A stretch of DNA of 64,000 nt, from contig NC_135884.1 in NCBI RefSeq assembly GCF_964194155.1, positions 55,428,001 through 55,492,000 of the forward strand, in the 5' to 3' direction. This stretch comes from Cetorhinus maximus (Eukaryota). This document shows positions 38,001 through 48,479 of this stretch, piece after piece. Position 1 is the stretch's first letter. Every line of letters starts with the position of its first letter. The position numbers and the translations under genes were made by a program. Below the pieces are notes generated by a model. It was not told the DNA's origin, ran no database searches, and saw only the letters and a list, made by a program, of their open reading frames with translations.

Positions 38001-39333
38001 GAGTCCATTATTAACGAAGAAATAGCAGCACATTTAGAAAAGCTTAACGCAATCAAACAGTGTAGACATGGTTTTGTGAAAGGGAAATCATGTTTGACAA
38101 ATTTGTTAGAATTCTTTGAGGATATAATAGGCAGAGTTAATAAAGGGGAACCGGTAGATGTAGTGTATTTGCATTTCCAGAAGATATTCAACAAGGTGTC
38201 ACGTAAAAGGCTATTGCACAAGATAAGAGCTCATGGTATTGGGGGTAATGTATTAGCATGGATTGAGGATTGACTAACACACAGGAGACAGAGAGTCGGG
38301 ATTAATGCATCTTTTTCAGGTTGGAACAGCGTAACTAGTGGACTGCCACAAGGATCAGTCCTAGGGCCTCAATTACTTACTATCTATATTATATCCAAAT
38401 TTGCCAACAATACAAATATAGGTGGGAGGGTATGTTGTGATGAGGACATAAGGAATCTGCAAGGGAATATAGACAGGTTGAGTGAGTGGGCAAAAACTTG
38501 GCAGGTGGAGCTTAGTGTAGGAAAGTGTGAGATCATGCACTTTGGTAGGAAAAATCAAAAGGCAGACTATTATTTAAATGGAGGGAGACTCCAAAAAAGT
38601 GCAACACAGAGGGATTTGGGTGTTTTTGTGCATGAAACACAAAAGGTTAGCATGCAGGTGCAGCAAATAATGAAGAAGGCAAATGGAGTTTTGGCCCGTA
38701 TTGTTAGGGGGTTGGAGTTTAAAAATAGGGAAGTCTTGTTACAACTGTACAGGGTGTTGGTGAGGCCGCACCTGGAGTACTGCGTACAGTTTTGGTCCCC
38801 GTATTTAAGAAAGGATATACTGGCATTGGAGGCAGTTCAAAAGAGATTCACCAGGTTGATTCCTGGGATGAAGGGGTTGACTTATCAAGAATGGCAAAAC
38901 AGGTTAGGCCTTTATTCATTAGAGTTTAGAAGAATGAAGGGTGATCTTATTGAAACGTACAAGATTCTGAGGGGGCTTGACAGGATAGATGTTGAGATGA
39001 TGTTTCCACTAGTGGGGGAATCTCAAACTAGGGGATATTACTACAGAATAAGAGGACACTCATTTAAAACTGAGATGTGAAAGAATTTCTTCTCACAGAG
39101 GGTAGTGAATATCTGGAATTCTCTATCTCAGAGAGTTGTGGAGGTTAGATCACTGAAAGTATTTAAAGAGGAGGTAGATAGATGTTTGAAATAATGGACA
39201 GTTGAGGGCTATGAGGAGCTGGCACGAAGAAGTTGAGGCCTGGGGCAGATCAGCCACGATCTTCTTGAATGGCGGAGCAGCCTTGAGGGGTCAAATGGCC
39301 TACTCCTGCTCCTATTTCTTACATTCTTATGTT
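35015..39333 (+). mobile_element. Near full-length decayed CR1 LINE (ORF1 zinc-finger/leucine zipper plus SGNH esterase; ORF2 APE-RT)
   Basis: ORF1 MAWQVMCCSCGMW...CSKCWLLEELRIRV, with esterase blocks VMVHVSTNNIG and GLHLNHAG. ORF2 has TAITETWLQ, VGVVYRPP, SDFNL, GGSDHNMVEF, HGFVKGKSCLTNLLEFF, VRPHLEYCVQFWSP. Tail CCTACTCCTGCTCCTATTTCTTACATTCTTATG. Many stops and frameshifts. Confidence 0.92.
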
Positions 39334-39334
39334 G

Positions 39335-40800
39335 AGGTCTCTTGGTTCAAGCTTCCATGTTGACATTCCTAAGTTGGTAAGATGGTGCTTTGTGCACTCT
39401 TTTATCTAAACATGTGCCTGGTAAGGGCTAGCAAATGACCCTCAGCATGAGGCAGCTAAAAAGTGGCTGGAGCTAAGTGATGGATGGTGGAAGGTGACCA
39501 TCCTGACATCTTGGGTACCTGTCCTCTAATCATTGGTTAGAAATGTCCAAACAAGTGATTGACATAGGCTAAACTACCAGCCCAAGAAATAAAGCATATT
39601 AATGAGTGCTCAGAGGCAGGTGACAGTTCTTACCAGGCGGAAAACCTGCCAATACATTGCATATACTTGGCTTTTCCTGGAGAAGTATCCTATTCACCCA
39701 AGATTCAGTATCTGTGTCCAGGTGAGCAGAGCTTAGAGTGTCCTGCAGACTCCAATGTGATCTCTCCACTGCTGTTGTTCTGTCTCGATCATCTGCTCTT
39801 GCTGACTTGTGATATGTGGGTCACAGGTGAAAACTCAACTAGCTTCTTTAATGGTCCCACCCATTGTGTATCTGAGCCAGTGAATAGTCTGCATGAGTCA
39901 TGTAATGTTGAACCCTCTGAGGGAGGGTCCTCCTTTGAGGAATCATCATTGACCTCCTGTACTGCCTCCAGCTTTGCTTGATCAGCTTGTGGGGGATTAA
40001 AGACTTGAACACTGTCAGGGTCAGAAAGTCTTAAGTGAATTTGTGCACATAATCATATCGGACTTGCTGATGACATCAAGTCAATATGAGCGAGTACTCT
40101 ATGCCAGGTGGCTCTGAGATATATAATTTTGTTTGGAAACGCCCACCCCCTCCACATCCAATGCCCAGGCACGTCCAGACTCTGCTTATTTCCAGTGCAG
40201 CCTTCTCTGCAGCTGTCAGTATTAAGAGGTGGGAGGGTCACCTCCAGTTCTCTGTTTTTCTCTTAAGTTTTCTGCTCTCTTCTCCTGCCACGAAGGATAG
40301 AATAGACCTATGAGTGAGAATAATGGCATGTCTTAATATATAGACGAAAAGTATTTGTTGAGGGAGAGGCAGGACATTGCATAAGGATAAGGGTGAGTCT
40401 CAGTGGCGGGTGGACAGATGGGGATATAAGGAATTGCTTGGCAAGAGAAGGGTGGGCGCACGTTCAAGGTAAGTTGGTGTGAGGTGTGATGTGCTAGAGT
40501 AGGCTTCAGAAGACAGAGTGAGGGAATTGGCATGGTACACACATCAGGATGTAGCTGAAAGTGCCACTGTCCTCAGCTTTCCTGCCCTGCCTATGTCAAT
40601 GAACTGCTTTCTGCATTGAATTCACACACACTTGCTGCTAGCCTCTCCATTACCTCCAGTAATATCTTCTTGGTTTCACTGGTAAGCTTTTTCCTTCTGT
40701 CAACAGGAAACAGCATCACCCTACAAGCCCTTAAAGCCCCCCAGCACACACCCTGAATGGTGTCACTAAAACAAGGCGTATGTAATCCATTCTAGGACTT
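39335..40800 (-). pseudogene. Intron-containing Myb/SANT-like accessory gene relic of the Harbinger element (partner of 32900-33900; its 3' part continues at ~34200-35010)
   Basis: Minus strand *IQCRKQFIDIGRAGK (~40575-40622). An acceptor ctattctatccttcgtggcag is followed by EKRAENLREKQRTGG at 40284. Confidence 0.6.
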
Positions 40801-40920
40801 CCTTGAGTTCTGCTCCAGAATTCATCAAATTTCACGTTCGCAATGTCTATCTAAGTACTAGAGTTGAAATCAACTCATGCAGGTCCTCATCACACCCATT
40901 CCCTAACAGGTCAAGAAACC

Positions 40921-41177
40921 TGTTATAATATGTTAACGTAATTGTTGTGCAGTAATTGTAGCTTTAAGGAATTTAGCAACTGTAGCTTTAAGACTTATTG
41001 TGTTGTATAGTATCACGTGACAGTGTGAACGAATCAGCTCTAAGCGCGGGGACCTTAGAGTGAGAGTTTTTCTTCTAGTTGTGGAGCTTGATGGAAGCAT
41101 GTAACTGCTGCTGTAGTCTGTAAATAAAGTTTGATGTTTCTAATGAGAAACCTGTCTGGAAAATGAAGTCCGTAACA
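40921..41177 (+). mobile_element. Short putative solo LTR
   Basis: TGTTATA...CGTAACA termini with AATAAA ~50 nt before the end. No TSD found. Confidence 0.45.
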
Positions 41178-41419
41178 GGCTGGGTTAAAAAAAACCATTG
41201 ACTGACATGCTGCACTTACTTGTGTTTCCCATGGGCTACTGGAAATCACCCTCACCCTCTACCCCTGCAATTCAACTGCATAAGATCTACCATTAAATAC
41301 TTTTCTCAATCAAGCATGTTTTCTAACAGCAAAGTTATAGGACATAATTGAAGTTAATATTTTTTCTGTGTGTTTTCAAAACCCCATTAATAAACAAACT
41401 TCATTTAAAATATATATAT

Positions 41420-41935
41420 ATTCCTTCAGGGGATGTGGGTGTCATTGGAAAGGCCAGCATTTATTGTTCATCCCTAAAGGCCATTGAGAAGCGAAGCCAC
41501 CTTCTTGAACCACTGCAGTCTATGTGTACACCCACAGTGCTATAATAGGGAGTTCTGAGATTTTGACTCAGTGACAGTGAAGGAATGGCAATGTATTTCC
41601 AAGTCAGGATGGCATGTGGCTTGGAGAGGAACTTGCAGGTGGTGGTGTGCCCATGCATCTGCTGCCCTTGTCCTTCTAAATGGTAATGGTCATGAGTTTA
41701 GAAGGTGCTGTTGAAAGAGGCCTGACAAATCTTGTAGATGGTACACACTGCTGCTACTGTGCATCAGTAGTGGAGGGAGGGGATGCTTAAGATGGTGAAT
41801 GGGGTGCCAATTAAGTGGACTGCTTTGTCCTGGATGGTGTCAAGCTTCTTCAGTGTTGTTGGAGCTGCACTCATCCAGGCAAATGGAGAGTATTCCATCG
41901 CACTCCTGACTTGTGCTTTAGTGGGCAGGCTTTTG
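41420..41935 (-). mobile_element. 3' fragment of the SPLAWMS-family LINE
   Basis: Same tail and sequence as 26972-27480. Confidence 0.8.
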
Positions 41936-42389
41936 GGGGGTGGTTGGGTGGCGGAGGCTGCAAGGGTGGAATTATTTCAAGTTAATCAGAAAATGTTTTC
42001 TCAATAGCCAAGCCCACCTTTACAATTTGTTGTGTGAGGTAACTCATTTGATGGTCTCACTTCCTTTGGACATCTCCCATATAATTAGACTGGTATTCAC
42101 TTGGGGGCATAAAGTGTTTACCAGTTATCATCTCAATAACTGTCAAACAGATTGGTAGCAGTATGATGTTTAGGAGCATTGTTCAAAATTTGTTTTTCAT
42201 CCTGGCTCCCATATCATAGTGTGGAAATACTTCCTCCCTCAACATATAAATGTTTTTCAGAGTTACTACTGACAATTTGTTTGTAGGTTTGTGAATGCGA
42301 CGACAGCAGAAATATATTTCACTGGCACGTTAATAAAATATTTTCTTCTGGTTTAACATGATAAACATAACATGATCAGGATAAAAAAG

Positions 42390-42592
42390 GATGTCTGAGT
42401 GTGGCGGAGGCAGGTTCAATTGAAGCATTCAAAAGGGAATTAGACAGTTATCTGAAAAAGAAGAATGTGCAGGGTTATGGAGAGAAGGTGAGGAAATGGA
42501 ACTAGGTGAGTTGCTCAACTGGAGAGCTGGTGCAGACATGATGGGCCAAATGGCCTCCTTCTGCATCATAACAATTCTGAGATTCTGTGATT
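42390..42592 (+). mobile_element. CR1 3' end fragment
   Basis: GCATTCAAAAGGGAATTAGAC...ATGGGCCAAATGGCCTCCTTCTG...ATTCTGAGATTCTGTGATT tail. Confidence 0.75.
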
Positions 42593-42916
42593 TTTAATGA
42601 GGAGAGTGCTGTTCTTTCCTTGACTACCTGATTTTTGATTTGTAATTAAATGGGTCTTAGTCCTACACCATGCCCTGTGCTGTTGAACATGAAACAGTAC
42701 CATTATTTCACTAACAGCAATAATTAAAAAGTCTTGATGTAAAATCCAAGAGGATTACATATGCACATTGTCACCTAAATTTCAAGAAAGAATGCTAACT
42801 TAAAAACATATTCAATACTAACTAATAATAATTTGTATCTGCAATACTTCAATAATAATAATACAATACAGGCTCATATCAAGCAATATTGTTCAATAAT
42901 GCAGAGAAGACTTTAC

Positions 42917-43032
42917 CTTATAGCCTTCCAGGTGGCCACGAATTTTCTCTTTTGGTACTTCTGACCATGTAACTTTAATTAAAGTACTGTTCATGATTTC
43001 AACAGCAACGTTCAAAGGTGCAGCTTCAGGAA
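42917..43032 (-). CDS. CHL1: Internal exon of an L1-family neural cell adhesion molecule (start of third FN3 repeat), best resembling CHL1
   Basis: Acceptor tttattttaccag, then 116 nt (phase 1 to phase 0), then donor gtaaag. It translates PEAAPLNVAVEIMNSTLIKVTWSEVPKEKIRGHLEGYK. NSTLIKVTW..VPK...G.L.GY matches CHL1 as I recall it (NSTLVKVTWSTVPKDRVHGRLKGY) better than NRCAM, L1CAM or NFASC. The family call is firm; the paralog call is less so. Confidence 0.85.
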
Positions 43033-44959
43033 CTGGTAAAATAAATTCAGAGAGATCTTATGATTATTTTAACAGAATCTAAAATAAGGCAATATTTTTA
43101 TATATTATCTGTTTTATTCTCCTTCTGGTTCTTCAAAAACAGTTCGTACAATTTTATTAAAGTCCAGACTTTGAGTCAGAGATAAACAATATCAGAAAAC
43201 AATAAACTCATATTGGTTTCTGAAATAAAAATTCTTGAAAATAGTTTGCAATGATAGTTGAACAATAAGTTAAGCAAATGGTGAAGCTTATATTATTCTC
43301 AGCCTGTGCTTATTGCTGAATTATTGTTGAACTACTAAGCAGGCCAATATGCCACATGGGATTTTAAAGAGAATAAGGTGTGAAGCTTAAAATATATCTG
43401 ACTTCTGTAACTTAAAGCTTACTTCTGCTGACTGCAATTACTTGCTTTATGGCACAAATTACTGCTGTAACTAGCTTTTGCCAGAGGTTAAACACAGATT
43501 TTCATCAGGTTAAGCTCAACTGCCTATTCACACTATGTCAACTGCCTTAACTGGCCTTAGATGTATTAATTAATAAATGATGTTCAATTCTTCAATTGTG
43601 GACCAGTCACTAAAATTAGTTTGAGCTTTCTGTATGACTTTTAAAAATTCAAAGAGGACTGCAATTTCTTTAGATGGGAGGAAAACTTTTTTGCTTTATA
43701 ACAAAAAGTTTGTTTTTTCAGGAAATGCAACTCCAGGGTGAAAATACTATACTTTAAAATAACATGAACAGCCAACTTTAATTGCTGCATATTTTTTCTT
43801 TCCTCACTAAAGGTAAATAAAAACTTACTCAGACTGGTACTGGTCATAGAGAAAAATTCCATTTTGGTGATCTATTGAAAACATACACTTGTACTATAGA
43901 GAGAATGTTTTCAAGGTTGAAGTGATCTTTTGTGTAAGGTTTGGGGTTATAAAAAGATTTTTTGATTCTTTAGAACATATTGACAATGGAAACAACTTTA
44001 AACTTGCATAGTTCTCTGGGGACGGGCAGGGTTTTTATTTGAATGAACCCCTGCTGGCATTTTCTCCTATTTCTCTTTTATTTTGCAAATCACCCTGATA
44101 GAAACATGATCTTACTTCATCTGACAGACTAAATAGACTAATGCACTACTGGAATGTGTACACTTCAAGATACACTTCAGAGAATAGATGCATTTGCAGT
44201 CTAATGAACCTTGGTGATGCCTTATAAACATGTGCCCTCCCCTCCCAGTTGGAAATGTGTTCGAAAAATAGCAGGATTTCTTTTCTTGCAGCTTTACTGA
44301 AGCATGAACAAACTTAAACATGTCAGAAATTAGTCATCACTCATTGTAAATATATATGCAAACAATTTAAGAACCACATTAATTTTGAATTACATTGGTA
44401 AAATAATTTACAGACATTGTTGTAAACTGAAGTTTTTTTTTCCCTTCAAGGCTTTGTTTAGCCCCCTATACCTAGGGTCAGAAACCACTCAGCGGCACAA
44501 CATTTTTCACTCAAAATGGTGACAGGGTCCAAATTGAAAATTTTCCCACAATTTACAGCTGATAATATACCATAATTGGACAACAGGAAAAAACTGAGAG
44601 TCAAGATGTTTTCCTTTTTTAAAAAAATTCTCCTCTCACCAAAATGGTAACTTTCATCACAGCACAGCTGTCCATCTGATGCAACTGTTTTCAGCTCCCT
44701 GTAGATATGATACACTCATGAACCCTTATAAATACTGACAAATTCTTGGGATTCCTGTAAACATAACCACATTCCTGCAACCATATAAGTCCAAAGTTCC
44801 AAAATACTGTGCCAGCCATAGAAGGGAAAATAGTACTTCCATTGATTGCAGCATTTCTTTATTGGTGTACACCAATAAGTTAACAAATACAAGTAGCCAT
44901 TATAGGAGACAGGAATTTTGATGATCTCAGGTGTTTCACAGATCTCAGATGAAAACCTA

Positions 44960-45077
44960 GAGTGGAATTTTACGACAGCGGGATTTTACAATCCCGCCGA
45001 AGTAAATGGAGTTTAGAATGGCTCGCTGCACTTTACGGCCCCATCTCCACTGTGAAGGGGCTATAAAACTCCGGCTC
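44960..45077. mobile_element. Very short Harbinger-type MITE
   Basis: Imperfect TIRs GAGTGGAATTTTA / TAAAACTCCGGCTC and an internal hairpin GCGGGATT-TTAC-AATCCCGC. Confidence 0.55.
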
Positions 45078-45319
45078 CAGAATCTACTGATTTAGTGAAT
45101 AGCTACAATAATTTATTCCTAAAATGACATGGCTCATGGAATATATTGGGAAACTGTATTTTTCATTTGTTTGTAAAATTATAAGGGAAAACAGGATGAA
45201 GAGCAGCACTGCATCACTTGCAGGTGAGATGACCTTGTCTAAAAACAATGGATAGTTCTTCTTTGTCCCCAAACAGAAAGAGGATTATCAAACATATTTT
45301 CATTAAGAAAATGCCTCGC

Positions 45320-46665
45320 TGATTGTAGATTTAGCCCAAGCAGGGTCTGTGTTGTAGGCTGCTGCATGCTCAGCAAGGGGTCCAGGAGCCTGGGCAGATA
45401 CCATGTGATGCAGCCAACCTGCTCCTCTTAAAAGCAGTCTGTCACTCTTAAAGAGGAGCTGAAATCAGTGAAAGGGAGCTGCTGCAGACTGCCTGTACTA
45501 AGGTTAGCTGAGTGTAGCAACTGCACAAATGGGGCATTAGGGAAAAGAGAAGGATCCTAAATTCATGGATATGGCGCTGGGGGCCTAGGTCATGAGTTGG
45601 ACAGGAGAGAGGTCACACTTCTGCAGGGGGTCAGGAGGCCTTCAAGAAGCACTCTCAGAAGGTAATGGGAGTGGGTGTCAGGGTGGTCAAAGCAACGAGT
45701 CTGGCCTGATGACCTGGCAGCATGCCACAATAAGTTTAATGATATTGTTAGGGGAAGAAAATAAATGAGAATTTATGGTAAGGGAGAATTCATTATAAGG
45801 GAATTAATTACTTAAATTAGAATCGCTAGGCAGGCCAGCGCAAATCAGTAAATCAACAATAGAACAGTTAAACCAGAGGAACGTTATACACTCTCAAACT
45901 TTGTACACCCTCAGGGTTTGCAATCACCAGCAAGGTCCTGGGAGTTAGACTGGAGTCAGAGGATGGCAATAACATAGATTAAGTGTGCTCTTCAACAGAT
46001 AGGGGAAGGGCAGATGGTCCCAGCTTAGATAGGAAGGCAGGTCTCTGCCTGGGTGAAAGTAGGGTTACCTTTGTACCAGAGACCTGTCTGTTTAATGTAA
46101 ACCTATATGTTGACAAGATCGGAATCTGGAGGATATTCTTGCGTGTGACCAATAATGTATAAATATGGTGAACACTTGTAGCTTAGCGGAGTACTGTCTC
46201 AAGCTGTATTGAGATGGTGCCCTCCTTACAATTGCTCGAATAAGCGATTGAAACCTGTACCTGAGTCTCCTGTGGTCTGTTTGTCAAAGTGACCACGACA
46301 ATATCAAGTCAAGGTCAGTGAATGCTAATTCAAATGACCTCTTACCCACCATATCAGCAAATTTTCATGCTGCTCAATGTGGCACAGCCGCATCACTCAT
46401 CCATCAGCACTGTCTGGCACTCAGGACTCATGCCTGATGTCCAGGACACTCCACCTTTCCCTCACACAAATCCAATGATGCCACCCACACACCCAGTTCC
46501 CACTGCTTCCATATGTCATAAGCTTTCAGCTGTGGCAGGCACATCACCCAAACACTGTTGCAACACAGTCACTGACATCCTCCTCTCTCTCATGCAGCAT
46601 AAGGTCCTGTAACTGCCGGGATCAGAGCAGAACGAGTGGGACCAACAGTGCCTGTACCTTAGAGA
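45320..46665 (+). mobile_element. Harbinger Myb/SANT gene relic interrupted by an LTR
   Basis: ACCTGGCAGCATGCCACAATAAGTTTAATGATAT|CAAGTCAAGGTCAGTG (degenerate WxQCxxKFND..VKV with donor). A later acceptor ctctctcatgcag at ~46597 leads into the next exon. Confidence 0.55.
45746..46300 (+). mobile_element. Solo LTR with 4-bp TSD
   Basis: TGTTAG...CACGACA termini, ATAT on both sides (45742-45745, 46301-46304) and TATAAAT near 46158. Confidence 0.85.
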
Positions 46666-46672
46666 CTAGTAT

Positions 46673-47250
46673 TGTTATGATCCCCAGCTAATCTTACAAT
46701 TGGGCAGGCCTGATCCCAGGGTGGAACCCAGCTTAATAGATCCTAACTTATATTTGTTTGTTTAGATACATGGAGAGGGGCTACTGAACAGAGTCACCAG
46801 AGTCAGCGAATGAACTTTTAACAAAAGCATGAAACATTTACTAAACAAGAAAAGATGAACTATATTACAATGCTCCTTCACCCACAACTATACATTTACA
46901 GATATATACAGGTTTGTAAGGATAACACAAGTTACAAAAGCTATCTTATACGCCAAGGTTCACAGTAAATACAGTCCATGTAAACCAGTTGGCAACCTGT
47001 GGTCAGACACACCACACTCTGAAACCAAGTGACAAATGCCACCCCAGGCTAATGCTATGGATCGCTCCTCAACTCCCCCCAGACACTTGTTACACTGTGA
47101 GCCAACCAGTCTCACCGAACTCCGTCTTTCACACAAGGGTTTCCAATCTCCAATTTCCAAGAACTCGCCTTTGAACCTTCTCCCAAACCAATGCTTTCTC
47201 TCAAACACCTTCCGCAAGGGTTCACCTCTAGGGTTGTGTGTTATCCTTCC
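46673..47250. mobile_element. Partial LTR
   Basis: Starts TGTTATGATCCC, like 5529 TGTTATGGTCCC, and is truncated by a GC-rich MITE fragment (~47255-47450). Confidence 0.5.
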
Positions 47251-47460
47251 AAGGCAACATTTTCCCCCTATCGGGGGGGATGTGCAGAACTGGGCGCGGG
47301 CAGGCGGGTTCCTGATCGGCAACCTCATTTGGGAGCACGCCGCCATTTTACGTAGGCGGGCCAATTAAGGCCCGCCCAGGGTGGCGTCTGCCAGGAAACG
47401 CTGTGCGCTCCCTGTGCAGGTGGGGGTTGGGGTGGGGGGGCATCCTGTTCCTGGAAGTGC

Positions 47461-48415
47461 AAATCGATTGATATAAAGGCTGCATTTTTACAGGGGGAGA
47501 AGTTTCAAAGGAAAGTTTTTTTGAAACCACCCAAAGAAGCCCGGGATGTAGAAGGAAAGCTATGGAAATTGAATAAGTGTGTTTATGGGTTGAATGGTGT
47601 ATCAAGAGTATGGTATTTTTCTGTGAGGTCTGTCTTGTTGAAAATAGGTTGCATTCAGTTAAAGGCACAACCTGTGATGTTCTACTGGTATTATAAGGAG
47701 AAATTAGCTGGGATCTTTAGCATGCATGTTGATGATTTCCTGTGGGGAGGATCTGTAGAATTTGAATAATAGGTAACCGAGAAGATAAAGAAGGAATTCT
47801 AGGTTAGATGTCAGGCTTCTGGGGCCTTTAAATATATAGGTTTAGACATTAAGCAGAGAAAGTTAGGAGTGACATTGAATCAACAATCTTTTCTAGAAAA
47901 TGTTAATTATATCCCAATAACTCGTAGTAGATCCTCACAAAGAGAGGACCCTGCTACCTGGGAAGAAATGGAACAGTTGAGAAGTTTGATTGGGCAGTTG
48001 AACTGGTTGTACGCTCAGACTAGGCCTGACGTTAGTTATGATGTGTAGGAGCTGAGTACCATGATGAAACGTGCAACAGTTGAGCAAGTTCTGAGAGCCA
48101 ATAAAACTAAAAAAATATATAAAATAAAATTCTGAGAGATGTGTGCTCAAGTTGCAGCCTTGGGTGATCCAAAAGATATGAGGTTGGTCATTTTTAATGC
48201 TGCTTTACATGCCAATCTTCCAGATGGGTACTCTAGGACAGCAGGGTTCATCATATTCTTGGTGGGAAAAAAACGACAAATGTTGCCCACTGGCTTGGGA
48301 GGCCAGGAAAATAAAAAGGGTAATGAAAAGCACCTTAGCTGCTGAAACGTTAGCCTTGGTAGAGGCATTAGATTTGGGGGTTTATTTCTCCAATATATTG
48401 ACAGAAATATTATAT
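47461..48415 (+). pseudogene. Ty1/Copia pol fragment (RT to RNase H), GalEa-like
   Basis: SIDIKAAFLQG...VFLKPPKE...LWKLNKCVYGLNGVSRVWY...MHVDDFLWGG; later LRSLIGQLNW..QTRPDVSYD and KIKRVMKSTLAAETLAL. Confidence 0.88.
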
Positions 48416-48479
48416 ATATGTATAGAAATAAACCAGCTTTAACCAAGAGACCTGCCTGGATTAATTCTTCCACTACAAC

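Noticed and set aside
43829-43871. Possible 43-nt minus-strand micro-exon (ttttcaatag|ATCACC...TCTGA|gtaagt) upstream of the CHL1-like exon
   Set aside because: The splice sites look good, but 43 nt is not a multiple of 3, so it would frameshift a phase-1 intron, and no frame resembles L1-family sequence. RNA-seq would be needed to rescue it.
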